A DNA stretch of 64,000 nt from Podarcis tiliguerta (Eukaryota), in assembly GCA_965153285.1 (NCBI GenBank), contig OZ229119.1; one strand, written 5' to 3'. Below are positions 1-52,268 of this stretch, one piece after another (position 1 is the stretch's first letter; each line of letters starts with the position of its first letter). Under the pieces are notes generated by a model, which did not search any database, had not been told where the DNA came from, and worked only from the letters and a program-made list of their open reading frames with translations. The translations under genes and the position numbers were made by a program.

Positions 1-700
1 CTTGCTCCTATATGTTAATTGTCTGTACGTTAACATCACCTTTAGAGGCCTGTCAGTGTGTCCTTTACTTTGGTGTTTTCTCTCGTGGCAACTGGGTATA
101 CGACTTTTTTGGGGGGGGTCCAGGGGGGTCCAGGGTATCCCATCTTTAGAATTCCCCCCTCAGAAAGATCTGTCTGGCACCATTCCTCTTAACATCTCTT
201 AGCACTGCGTTAAAATGATTTTCTTTACAGATGCTATGCCTCTGTTTTTATGGTGCTGCTTTTATTGATACTAGTTTTTTCCTGGAAAGAAATTTTCCAG
301 GTAAAATCAGTATTTGTAACATTTTATTTTAATAGTAAGACATGATCCCAGACATGTAAGGTTACACAAAAAGGGTATAACAACTGCCACTGACTTTATA
401 GTTGTATCAGGACACTGTGCTAGATATATTACCTGCAGTGGATAAGTGACTACGATATTTGCTAAACTTCTTCCAACATACTTTTCAGACCGCCTATCAC
501 ATAGAAAAAGTGTTACTGTTTTCAAACAAGCTATCTGTACTTTTCGTTTGTTTGAAGTTTTAGTGCAATAGTATGAACACTCTGTATTCTGTGCTAATAG
601 AAGATAAAATTGATAAGCCAAACTTGTGCCATATGCAGCTCAGTGTAACAGATTCTTTTTTTTCTTGTAGGTATTAAGGCGGTGACTCAACACTTGCACC

Positions 701-9869
<9,169 letters not shown>

Positions 9870-10463
9870 TATATGTGTGTACTGTAGCACTGAGCCAGGT
9901 AAGTGTAAGCAAAGTCTTGCCACACTGAAAGCCACAACAAATAGTGCTGTATTTTTAAATGATTGATTTATTCGCCTTCGCCGTGCTGAGATGCTTTTGA
10001 TCATTTCAATCTGGTTTTAAATTATAACACTATATCTGCATCCATGTGCACTTGAATATGCATGAAGGATTGCCAGCTCTTTATAGGATGGGTCAAAAAT
10101 TCAAAGTTAATGGCTTGGGATTCAGATATAGCCTTGTGCAAGTAAAAGGTACTTCTGCCAATGTTGTGGGGGATCTGACTTTTTTTGCCAGTTGCTTCTT
10201 GCTGCAACCTCCTGTGACACTTCTCTCAGACCTCAGGAGCAGTTTTTCAGGGGCTGCAGTAGGAAAGAGGTGGAAAAATCCTGTTCTGAGAGCAGAATTT
10301 CACTTGGGGGTAGTTGGAATTGAACCCTCTCTTGAAATGGGAAACAAATTTTAACGCAACTGAAACATTTAATGTAGGATACATCTTTTTTCAATATAGT
10401 GATTCTCTTTCATTGCTTAAATACCATCTGAGTATTAATCTCTGTTTCTCTTTTATGTTCCAG

Positions 10464-11700
10464 GTCTGAAGAACTGTTGCTGACTACAACAGTGCCAGCA
10501 TTCCAACTTTATTAAACCTACCAACAACTTAAAATGGACTTTCCTGTGGTGGTACCCTTTGTGAAATGGATGACAGCTACTACATCAGTTTGCACATTCT
10601 AATCACTTTCCAGTGTCACGAGAGATTTTTACTTATAAATAATCTAAATGTATGCAACTGGTAAAACCAGAGCCTACATCCAGTATTACTGATAAGAGAC
10701 ATTGTTCATCCACCAATGTTGTACATGTATGAAAACTGTACTGTATACTGCAACAAACCCCATACTTCCTATTGGAGAGTACAATAATGTAAATCCGAAA
10801 AGCACCACTATTTTAGCGTAATAAAAGAAAGTCCAAAGAGCTCCTATATAGACTACTCCAGATAACTTTGCTTCATCGGTATTTGTAGCTTATTGTAACT
10901 TTTTTAAAAGAAAAATACAGGATCACCATTGTATTGTACAAAAGCGCTTTGATTAACTCAACAGCTATATAGTTTTTTAATTTTAGGATAAAAAACCTGT
11001 GGAGACAGTGATCTAGTCTTTAAAATGAGTCCTTTCAGTATAATGTCTGTCTAAAGACATTGCCTTTAATATCTGTTGGGAAGGAAATGTCCAGATTTTT
11101 CAACCTTTTATTGTATGNNNNNNNNNNNNNNNNNNNNNNNNNNNNNNNNNNNNNNNNNNNNNNNNNNNNNNNNNNNNNNNNNNNNNNNNNNNNNNNNNNN
11201 NNNNNNNNNNNNNNNNNNNNNNNNNNNNNNNNNNNNNNNNNNNNNNNNNNNNNNNNNNNNNNNNNNNNNNNNNNNNNNNNNNNNNNNNNNNNNNNNNNNN
11301 NNNNNNNNNNNNNNNNNNNNNNNNNNNNNNNNNNNNNNTGTTAGTGATTGTTTTACATGTGTAACGTTTTGGTTGAGATGTTAAATGGTGGACGAGTACT
11401 GTGGATGTGAATGTGGGAAGTAATTTTAATCATGTGTAATTGGTCCCAGGGCCTAAGTTGCAGTAATTACCTTTTTGCAGATTTATTTAACAATGCCTTG
11501 TTGCTTTGTATGCATTAACGTTTGGGTGTAAAGATTGCGTGTAAAATCCAACAGGGAGCCACAGTATTTAAATTGACCAACCTAATGTTACAACTGCTTT
11601 GAGGTGGCCAAATGTAAACTAAAAGCCTTAATTAAAAGTGGTGCAATTTTGTATGACTTAGCATCAGTAGTTCAATAAATTTGGATTGCCATGCAAGGGC
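10464..11700 (+). other. RAP1B: RAP1B non-coding terminal exon (3' UTR)
   Basis: Donor CAG|GTAAGT at 9898/9899, 29 nt after the stop. Pyrimidine tract and CAG acceptor at 10461-10463. AATAAA at 10820-10825 and 11674-11679. The 3' end is approximate. Confidence 0.8.
11118..11338. other. Assembly gap (221 N) inside the RAP1B 3' UTR
   Basis: Run of N seen directly. Confidence 1.
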
Positions 11701-14017
11701 TTGCATTACAACTACCTGTAATTGAATGTTTTGTGTAATGTTTCAGTGAGATCAGTAATGTGTTAAAATGTGTGTTTGGCAATTAGAATTTGAAACCCCA
11801 AGGAATCATTGCTTGTCCATCCTATACAAGTCAGACTACTTACACATTCTCCTAAATAATCATGGATGTGCTCTGACCACTAATGTTGCCATAATTTACT
11901 GGTTTCAGTGGAAACATTCCAGAGTTAGGTCAGCCTCCGTTGCTGAGTATCTTTGCTAAGAAATGTGATAGAAGGAAAAAGAGAGTGGGGTTATTTTTAC
12001 CAACCTTCTTTGTCCCAAGAGGGTACTGGTATATGCTAAACCTAGAACTATGTTAAGTTTACAAATACTTTGAGGCCTGAAAGACATCAGATGCCCAAAT
12101 GGAGTAGTCTTACAAGCTGCTTGTTTCTAGATAATTCAAAACTATTATTGGCTATGCATAAAGAATCCTATGTAGTCTGCTTGTTCTCAAGTAAAAAAAT
12201 GCCAGGTTAATTGAGCCACAAATTCATGGAAGCGTGGGGTATCTGAAATGTACAGGCAAGGTTCCCCAGATGCTTGCTGTTGTTCGCAAAAATATGGACA
12301 GCGCAAGTTGACCAACTATGAGTTGGGTATTCGTTTATCTTGGCTACTGAAGTCCAGTCACAAGAACCTGAAGTTACTGGGGCAGGAACTGTATTTTAGA
12401 ATGCTGAATCACAGTACAGTATTGGGATTTTTCTAATCCTAGCTAAAGAAACCAGCTGCATTCAGGTGACTTGGCAAAAGGTTCAGTTTTTTATAAAGCC
12501 TTTCATTTTTTGATAAACTGTGAAGCAGATAGCACAGGCAATAGTTGATACTATGGCCTGGGTTACTGCTTGGTTGGTAGTTTCTTGCAACCTTGTCTGC
12601 CTTTGAGAACTGAATCTTAACTATACTGAAAAATGCTCATTAACATCCTTGGGTTGGAAAGAAGTCTGTTTCACTGGTAAGATCTGGCACTCTGTTCGTG
12701 GGTGAGTATAACTTGTGTGTGCTGCTGTACTTATTGGTAGTCTGGACAGGCAGGACTACTATACAAAGCAGCCTTGTACATAGCCCTGTGTGGGAGAAAT
12801 CTCTTGCCAGTTCTAGTCCTCCCATGCTCCAAATAGGGCTTTTGCAGAGCTCTGCCAATTTTGAAGCAGCTGGGCTTTTTTCTCACCATCACTGGATTTT
12901 AGGTAGAAAAGGAGCCAGCAGAGAAACGTAGCTGGTTAACTGCATTCATATGAGAAAGGATGACTACACCAAAATGCATTAGTCTTGGTTCTGCAGCTAC
13001 AGCATTTCCTAAGAGATTGTGCATGACTTTTCTGTACAGTATAAAATATAGTGCCAAACAATCGTATATACTATGCTTTTTGTCACAGTTTTTGGATAAG
13101 ATTGTTTTATTCATATCTCATCCTTTATTTCCTCACAGCTGTTCATTTGCAGAACACTACAGGCTGTAACATTAAGCAACCCTAAACGTGTATGTGCATG
13201 TACCTTAAAGTTGCAGGAAAGATTCATACAGCCTTCCTGCAGCTTAAGATACAGTATGTATTCCTGGCCCAAAAAAGTTCCTCCTGGGTTTTCAAATGTG
13301 AGTCTTTAGTGGGAACCAAACTCATAACTCACCATGGTGGTGGTGTTTTTTTTAAAAAAAAATAAACACCAAACTGCCTGTGTCTTTTTAAATAACTGGC
13401 TGTGTTTTGATAATTGCAGTTAATCGTAACCCTCCCCTCAAATTCATTGCTCACTTTTTTAAAAGGCTAGTATTTCGCGGTTAATACATACTGTGTAACA
13501 TCACTTTTCAAACTCCGTATAGTTCTGTATTTCTTCTGCTTATTCTAGTTCACAGGATTAGGTTTTTGGCAAAGTAGTACTAGCTACTTGTCTTTCATGT
13601 TAGTGTACTTTCTGTCTCCCTTGGCACAGCAAATCTGACGCAAACATCTCCAAGAAGAATGCAATAGGAGAAACTTGTTCTCAAAAGTGCCAGCATAAGA
13701 GGTTTTATTACAGCTCAAGGCATTTCGGAATTCATGTTCCTTCAGGAGCAATCTTAAACTTTCACAATACAAATACTTCCTATCTGTCACCATGGTCTTC
13801 CTCATAGTGCCAGATAGGTAGCAATATTTGTGGCAAGCTGCTTCAGCTGCCTAATGTTCACATTCTGTAGAATATTGCTTCTTGAGTAAAAGCTGACTTC
13901 CAAAACTAGTAAGTCCATGCTTTGTGGGGAAGAGTTTCTCCTTTTGTATTATTACTGGCTTCTGTGCCTAGTTTGTTTCTAACTCATCCATGCTCAGTGG
14001 ATCTGCAGTTCAACATC

Positions 14018-14563
14018 TGTGTTAGGATTATCACTGTCAGGGTATCTTAAAGGACATTTGTACTGATGCAGAGTGGGGAGCTCGCATTGGCAGAAGCAGC
14101 CCTGTCTCTGGTTGTGTCTCCTTGTCAAGGCAGAAGCTTTCAATGTGAAGCAACCTCTATCTCCTAGCATTTCCACTTGCCAGGTTGTCTTTTCTGTCTG
14201 GGTTGTGTGTGTTGGATTTGTATTGAAAGAACAATTCCATGGCTTCATGTATGAATGACCAGCCCTACTGCTACACTAGCAACTGTTAACATGCATTTTA
14301 GTGTAAACCCATTAGCTAGCCCGCCCTACTCTCCCTGTGACATGTCTTCCCAGTTCTTGCTCTGTAAGAGAACTGTTTAATCTCTTGCCAATTTAATTGT
14401 AATGGGTGGATATTTGGGATGCTTTACCTGTAAACCTAATTTCAATGCTAATAAAGGAAATTGATTTTTCTTTGACACCGCGTTTTTGTTCAGAATAGAG
14501 AGGGGAGCTTAGCAAAGCTAAGCAGATCTAAACCAAATGTACTAGAAGACAGAACTCCTTCCA
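14018..14563. mobile_element. Possible solo LTR-like element
   Basis: Begins TG and ends CA, with an internal AATAAA near 14449. No TSD found and boundaries are uncertain. Confidence 0.25.
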
Positions 14564-14756
14564 TGCTTTTAGTAGCTACACAGAAAGTAGAATACAATTG
14601 CAGGGGCCTTTCTTCTAGGCCCTTCAACATAGTGAGGAGAAGCTACCAGTGAAATATTCAGTTATGTATCCATACAAAGGTAGCTTACCAGGCCTTTCGA
14701 GGGCCGTAATGAAGTAGCTTGAGCTATACTTGGAAGCCATTTCCTCCTAATTAGAC

Positions 14757-14893
14757 CAATGTTTCCCAAACTTTGGTCTCCAGTTGTTTTTTGGACTACA
14801 TTTCTCATCATCCCTGACCACTGGTCCTGCTAGCAAGGGATGATGGGAGTTGTAGTCCAAAAACAGCTGGACACCCAAGTTTGGAAAACCCTG
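14757..14893. mobile_element. Palindromic hAT-like MITE
   Basis: Self-complementary arms (TTTTTGGACTACA...CATCATCCCT / AGGGATGATG...TGTAGTCCAAAAA), right end CCCTG, partial 8-bp TSD (..TAGAC). Degraded relatives near 3275, 7965, 20925, 36890 and 41125. Confidence 0.7.
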
Positions 14894-15535
14894 CTCTAGA
14901 CTCATAAGAGCTATGGATGCTGTTATAAAACCAATAAAAACCTCAAGACACCCATTTCCTTTTCTGCTTGAGAGAGCCCAGCCGCTGGTGTTTAAAGCCC
15001 GTCACTTCCGTGGTAAAATGTAATGAAAGGATCCGTTCTGCCTCCTCGTCCTTTTAATATATCCGAAATCATAATGCCCAGTTCCGTGGTTTTTGCCGAG
15101 TTCTGCAGTCCGAAACCTTACACGGGCATCCGCTCAGCGCCTGCCGTCGGGAAATGGGTTTATATGGGAATGGTCCTCCCAAGCGGCAGGCGGCGCCCTT
15201 CCTGCCCAGGACCTGTCTGTGTCGACCGTTACAGGAAGCCGTTGAAGCCGGCATGGCAAGTGAGAAATTTTGAAGAGTCCTTGCCTCTCTGTACGAAGAG
15301 CTCCAAGCGACGGCCCCCGCAATCCAGGCTTCCATTGCCCTTTGGCTTCTCTGCCTTGGAAACATGAAGGCCCGTGTGAGCCTCAGGCGGCTTCTCGCCT
15401 CAAACAGGCGTTGCCACAAATCCCGCCCCCTCCGCTTTCTTTGCCTTGACTCTTCCACTTCCTGCTCCGGGTCACGAGCTTCCGGGGAGCGGGAAGACTC
15501 AAGAAGCGGCAACCAGCCTGCGGCTCGCCTCCGAG

Positions 15536-39109
<23,574 letters not shown>

Positions 39110-39336
39110 TTCCACCATTCTAGGTTATAAAAATGTTGAATGGTGGCACAAGTAAATGTAAGGTTGGGCCCAAAGGTTCTCATACTCCAGGTGAAAGAGG
39201 AAGGAAACCTTTGATTCAACGCACAAAGTTTGGCATAGAATTTTTGTTTTAACGATGTTGCAGTGCATTGACACTAGCAAAATGACTTTCTATGTATGTA
39301 AAATGACAAACCGTTTTGACATTTGTATTTTTTTCC

Positions 39337-39342
39337 AATAAA
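39337..39342 (+). terminator. NUP107 polyadenylation signal
   Basis: AATAAA about 230 nt after the stop, preceded by TGTA and T-rich upstream elements. Confidence 0.65.
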
Positions 39343-40396
39343 ATTTGAAATGACTGGTTTACTAGGAAATAAGTATCTTTAGCACATAAATGTGCAAAAT
39401 GCACTCTAAATAGATGCCTCTTGTTTGCTAGATCACATGGTTAAACCTTCACAGCTGTTCATGAGTACAGCTTACTGTCTTCCAGGTAAAAATCCTGTTG
39501 CCTGTCCACCTTTTCTCAGAACAGAAGCCCTTTCTCCATATTCAGCCTGACAACCAAAGGCTTTGTGTGACTTTCAAGTGAGAGTGAAGCATTCCAGATA
39601 TATACATGTATTTATATAAAACACTGCTGCTTAAAACAATGGAGGCTTAGGATACAAGCATCACTGGTATTCCAGCCTTAGTGTCGGGCTACTTACTTGA
39701 CAGAATTTCTCATTATCAAGAAAAAGTACCCATAATCCATTGCAAGGACAGATTGAAAATTTAGGGTGCAACCCTAGCTCACACCACTTCCCAGTGGGGT
39801 TTACTGGAGTTTGGAGCACCACACTGGCAGCTCTGCCGAGCATGCTAGCTGGGAAAGAAGGTGAGGAGGCAGGCACACCAGCTTGGAGCTGGCATAGCAC
39901 TTTGGCCCAGTGCTGTCATGATCCTGAAGTGGCTCAGTCCTTAGGCCCTGCCCCTGGAGTGCCTTGTGGGGATGTGGTGTGGTGGTCTATTTGCTGTTGG
40001 TGGGGAAGGGACAGGGCTGTGAAATGAGTGGTTCCTACAATTTCCATAATTGGTGAGAAATAGTTTAAACTGACCATCCTGTTTGCTTAACAAAAGGGCG
40101 AAAGACTTTTGATAGTAAACCATTATTTGAACCTGACCATCTCTCCACAATCTTATTGAGTTGAGTATCCTGTACTTGACAACTAAATTTGCATATGTTA
40201 ATCCTTAAGTCAGATGTGTGTGAACTCAGGATATTCCTGAATGCCTTTCAGTAGGAAGCTGGACTCAGGCTTGTTCCACAGTCACCAAAACTCATCATGG
40301 AAGGTCTCATGTCATATTAGAATTATGTCAACCTTATGCCATGATCTACAGAGATAAACCATATAAATTCAGATTAACACACCTCACACTGTTAAT

Positions 40397-40537
40397 TCAT
40401 AGACTCATAGAACTGTAAGTTGGAAGGGACCCTAAGAGTCATCTAGTCTAACCTACAATGCAGGAATTTTTTTGCTCAGTGTGGGGCTCAAACCCATGAC
40501 CCTGAGATTAGGAATCGCATGCTCTACCAACTGAGCA
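40397..40537 (-). mobile_element. tRNA-Lys-derived SINE with CR1-like tail (same family as 20505)
   Basis: Reverse complement reads GCTCAGTTGGTAGAGCATGCGATTCCTAATCTCAGGGTCATGGGTTTGAGCCCCAC...GGGTCCCTTCCAACTTACAGTTCTATGAGTCTATGA. Confidence 0.8.
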
Positions 40538-41514
40538 ACTACAAGCAAACATAATTCCATTTGATAATGGAAACAACGTGGACTCTGCTAGAATACCGTT
40601 ATGTTTATTTATATCTCACATTTTGCTCCAGACAGGGATAAGGATATGACAAAATCTATTGTAGACAAAAAAAAAATTATTGTTTTTCTAGTTCACAAAT
40701 GCTGTTCTTGCCTACAAGTCTCATTATAAACACAAAAAGACTGGTAGGTGCCAGTGAGTGTGTATATTTATGCAGACAACTTGTATTGTTGTAAGCCAAA
40801 AGGATCTTATGTATGAGGCGGTCTTAGCTCAGCTCACCCTCAAATTTTGGTATTTCTTCAGTAATCCCTCTAATAATGACCTTGAGTAGTTGAGTGCCTA
40901 TTAGTTTGGAAACGAAGAACCAGACCTATTTACATATAGGGGGGGTGTATGTATATATATGTGTGTAAAATATATATATTAAAAAACAGCCTGATATGAA
41001 CCTGTGCCCTTCCAAATCGTTCCTGGCAATTCAGCCCATGGAAATGCCTCCAGTATTTTGTCTCTTACCCCATTGCCTGGAGCTAGAAGATTCTGCAATG
41101 CCTGAAGCAACCTCTCAGCTTGAGACCTTCCAGCTTCTTTTGGACACCCAACTCCTAATGGTCAGGACGGATGGGAGTTTGGGGGCGGGGGAATCTGGAA
41201 GGCCGCTATAAAATGACAAATACATCTTAAAGAGTTTCAGCCATGCACCACCTTTGCTGGCTACGCTGTCAAACGGGGAAGGAGCCGTTATTTTTCCGTT
41301 GTCCCCCCACTAGTCCAACGGTAACTCATTTGCCCGAGAGCCAGCAACTGCGGCACCACAGGGCTGCGTTAAGGCGCCTTCTGCAGCGCGTAGCCGTTAA
41401 ACAGCCGTTAAGGGAGTGGCATTCGAAACGTCGTTCGAACGCGCGAGCTCACCTCAGGGGCGGCAACGGTCCCGCTCGAATTCTTCGAGGCGGGTTCGCA
41501 ATTGGGCACAGGCG

Positions 41515-41601
41515 CATGACTGTCAACTTTTCCCTTTCCTTGAGGAATCCTATTCGGAACAAGGGAATTTTCCTTAAAAAAGGGAAACGTTGACAGCTAT
41601 G
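41515..41601. mobile_element. 87-bp hAT-like MITE in the SLC35E3 promoter
   Basis: TIRs CATGACTGTCAACTTTTCCCTTT / AAAGGGAAACGTTGACAGCTATG. Perfect 8-bp TSD CACAGGCG at 41507-41514 and 41602-41609. Confidence 0.9.
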
Positions 41602-41840
41602 CACAGGCGCCCCCTTTCTCCCGAGCTAAAGGGAAAAGTAAGGGTTCGTTTCTTTCTGTTCTTACGAAGGGAGAGGCGGAGGCTCTTCTCCGCTAAGCCT
41701 GCCAGAGGGGCGGGACTCCTCCCCGCGTGAGTGTCTGAGGGGAAAGAGGCCGCCCTGAGGCGAGCTGCTTCTTTGCCAGGGCGGAGCCGGCGGCCTGTTG
41801 GCCCCGGAAGTTCCTACGCCGGAGCCACGTGGCCCGGTAG

Positions 41841-48235
<6,395 letters not shown>

Positions 48236-51200
48236 AACAAGTACTGATATGGATGGTGAATGAGTCCTTTTAATATGCACTAGTTTTGAAACAAGCAAAA
48301 TAAGGAAATAGATGCGCCCAGTTGCTGTTAAGGAAGTGCATTTCTGTTATTTTTATATAACGGATCAGTTTTTAAAAAACCAAGCACTACAAAAACTCAT
48401 CTTCTACAATCTTGGCCTATGGTGTTTTTTCTATTCTATTAAGTGATTTCTATATTTAAAATATGGTTCATAATTACAGTGGCAATTCTAAGATAAGAGA
48501 ATTCAACTATTTCATACCAAATGGACTCATCAAGTTAGATGTGACATTAATTGCCAAAGGAATTCATTCTGCCCTTTTGATTATGTCAGTATTACCATTT
48601 CTAGAAAGGAGGCTGCCTGCTGATAATGTGAAGTCAAATGAACATTGTATCTTCTTGATCTGGTAAAGAATGGAAAATCAAATTTTGTTTTTGTTTCTTT
48701 TTTCTTGTATTTTGTTTTTGAATGAAATATTGTATAACATAATCATGCATAGATTTATTTTTAACAATCCAATAGAAAGCATTTGTTTCTGAGAATTAGA
48801 TTTTCTTCATTTACAGTTAAGCAAAATTACGGTATTCTAGTATTATTAAGACACCTAAAATGGTCTGATCCTTTGCAGCGTGATCAGATTGCTAAACTCT
48901 TTAAAAATGTAACTGGCTGCAGGGCTGGCTCCTGTAATCTGAAATGCTTTTCTTCATACCCACGTTTAAGGTCCCAGAATTTTTCATAGAAGAGGGCGGA
49001 TTCCTTAGTCAGCCACCTTGGGCCAGTATGGATATAGTATTTTCTGTTCCTGAACTGAGTTTGTGTACTTCTCCCAAGTTTGTGTAATGCCCCCTATCCA
49101 TCCTCAAGCTTTAAGCATGATTAAGAATTGCATCTGTACCAGGGTTAACCATTGTCAAGCAGCATTTGATAAATACCCATGGTTTTTAATCAGTTTCAGT
49201 TCTTGGGTTTCAACTGCTGGTTAAGATTAACCCAGAGTAAAGTTGACAATTAAGCAGTAGGAGGCTTTGCTTTGCGGGGGGGGGGGGGGAGCTAGTAGGG
49301 TGGCACTTAAGATCCTCAGGTCCCTTAGCATAAGGGATTCAGTCTGCTCCAGCCTTAGAAATACATGGGGTTGAACAGGAAGATGGGAATGCTTCCAGAC
49401 ATTTGCAGATTGTGTCTTAACTAACAAATAAAGATTTCTGCAAAATTTTGAAGTCAGGTGGTAAAGCCTTTCAGGGGGGGGGGGACTTTATGGAAAGGAA
49501 AATAAAGCATCCATAGTAGTTAGTTGCTGTCTAAACCAAACTACATGTATTTTAAAAGAATTTTTTATATAACCATTTAATAAAATATCTGAGCAGTAAG
49601 TTCATATTTTTCAAAATGGCAACAGAGCTGTTCACTTATGGAACAATAAAATATGATGTAACACTTTTAATAAAAAAAGAAACAGGCTAATTTGTGTCCA
49701 AAGGGCCTTGCAATCTATCTGAATAGCCTGGTCATTTGTTACTTCATACAAGGAGTAACTCCATAGAAGGAACAAGCCCCAAGGGTTGCTGCAGGCCTTT
49801 GTTCCACTGTTATGAACAGCTGCTAGTTTTGATAAAAGACTGAAACTGTAAGCCTGAGTTGTAAAACTAGAAGACTGTGATTCCAAAAAGAAATTTGCTT
49901 TGAAAGGGTGTGTAGTTTTTGCCTCACAAGCTACAAAGTTCATTTGATAAATACATTAAAATGCTGGTTGGTTGGTTGGTTTTTTGTTTGTTTGTTTGTA
50001 AAAAAAACCCCGCCTTGTATGATCAAAAGCAGAACTTTATATACTGCCTGTATTTTATTTCTGTCTGTAGTTTTAGGAAGATATGACCAAGAACAAATAA
50101 CTGAATTCTGCAACTCCTGTAAAATGAACTGTATACTAATTCCTTTTGATAAAGGTGTCTCTTCACAACTATGATGCAAATCTTAGATCCCAAATTCTTT
50201 TAGTGATTTGAGCAATACAATGTAGAAACAACCACCTCAGAAAAGGGCCAGTGTTCAATGATTATTCAGTTCTCAAATGTTTTGGTAGTGTTTGTAGCCC
50301 AAATCCTTCAGTAGCCTAATATACCCCGGGGGGGGGGGGCATATTGTATTTTGATAGACCATTTCATTTCATGTCTAACAGTTTTAGATACTTTACAAAA
50401 TTAGTTACTTTCTTAAATATCTGTAATTAGCGTTAAAAATAGGCTGCAGAAAAATATGTTCAGAACATCATGATCTTGAAGTGCGTATTGTTCCAATGTA
50501 TGCACTGACAAAACAATTTTGCACTAATTTTGTGCTGTGCACAAGCTTTTCTGTAAGATAAATACACCACAAGGATCTGTTTAATTAAAACAAAAGACTA
50601 ATTCAGATGCCTTTATAAAGACACAAAGTAGCCTCTAACAACGTGGATTCAAGAGGTACAATGTTCCTGCAAGTCAATTCTGTGTCTGAAAAGGTAGCAT
50701 AAAATGGTTAAACTCTCTATCTCATTCAACTGTAACATGGTTTGAAGTTGTAGGATATTACTGTAAATACAGTGTACAATAAGAATGTATAAGGTACAAA
50801 TGGCGCTGAAAGCTGGAGTTGGTCTTCTCAGTGGCAGAAAATGTAAATGAAATGCACAAACCAAGAACCCAAATGTACGCATCCTGTAGTTAGAATGAAG
50901 AGAGGTTTTATTTAAATTCTTGGTTTCGCTGATTGAATAAAAGAGTTCTTAATTATTAGCCTTGCCTAAGGACTTTCTTTGAAACAGTATAATTTGTCTC
51001 CCTTTTAAGTTATTTAAGAGCTATGGATATGGTGGTGGTGCTTTCATTTAAGAGAACAGTATTGTTAAAGGTTGCTGCCTCTACAATGCAAAACTAATAT
51101 TACGTGCACTTCTGCAATTCTATATCTGATGTTCCCCTATATATTTTTCATAATCATAGGATGAGAAGTTATGAGTCATATGCTCACTTTGCCATAAACA

Positions 51201-52104
51201 GATTTCTAACCATTCCACTAGTGCAAAATTGACATCTTGTCTTCCCAATCTTTATCAAAAACTTGTACATCTCAGCTCTGTTCTGCACTTTGTTTTGGTT
51301 GTACATTAACCATAAATAGTAGAGGCACTACGCTTTTCTGTTGAATCAGATCTCTGTCTTAGAGACACACAGGCCTCTTTCATAAGAACAGAAGCAACCT
51401 ACATTCCTTAATGTCTTACTGCCTGGTGCAAATATTTAGAATGTATGAGGCAGAAAATACTTAAGGCACATTGCACATTTTCCCTACTGTAATTTACCAA
51501 ATTCTTCATGGCCACAAACACCGTTAAACTCCCTCTGAGCTGTCCTGAGGTTATGAAGCTTCCAAAGACAGAGATGATTGCCTCTCCTGTTGCTATGTCC
51601 AGCTAACCTCATTAATCTCTGTTCCTTCACTGCTGGGTTTTGTGGAAGGTGAGTTACTGTGTATTTCCCAGATTAGAGAGTGGATTGGAGGAGTGGTTCA
51701 ATGAAGTATAAAAACAGTAAGCATGGGGAGCGAGGTGATGAGTTGAAGGGAAATCTCTGGAATTTGCTTCAGAAATTAAGAATTAGGGATCCCCATCTAA
51801 CATGGGTCAAAACCCATGATGGGTTGGGGGTTTGGAAATCTAAGTGAATTGAGCCTGATGTTATAAGACACAATAAATATTTGGAATCAGATGTCAGTAC
51901 AAATAACATGATTTCGCACCCAATTAAATACATGGCACTTTTCCACTATATTACCTAATCTACTTCATGCACTTATTAGTACAGAGTGTGCTCCTAATGT
52001 GTTTATGTCTTCAGCTTTGTTTGGGAAATTTGTCTAAACTTTCTTCATGGATCCCTTGTGAAGCTCAGCTGTTTAATCAACCTTGCCAGAAACTTGTTTC
52101 ATTA

Positions 52105-52175
52105 ATAATAATAATGAATTTATACCCCGCCCATCTGGCTGGGTTTCCCCAGTCACTCTGGGCGGCTTCCAACAA

Positions 52176-52213
<38 letters not shown>
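52105..52213 (-). mobile_element. LINE (L2-like) 3' tail fragment plus (TTA)n microsatellite
   Basis: Antisense reads GGAAGCCGCCCAGAGTGACTGGGGAAACCCAGCCAGATGGGCGGGGTATAAAT...(TTA)n. (TTA)~12 at 52177-52213. Confidence 0.55.
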
Positions 52214-52217
<4 letters not shown>

Positions 52218-52268
52218 GCATCAGAGTAGGATTATCTGATCTGCAACTCTTGGGTATCCTGATTTACT

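Noticed and set aside
11060-11384. ORFs containing X runs
   Set aside because: Artefacts of the N gap.
41420-41490. Heat-shock element (TTCGAA, GAATTCTTC)
   Set aside because: Spacing does not fit alternating nGAAn pentamers.
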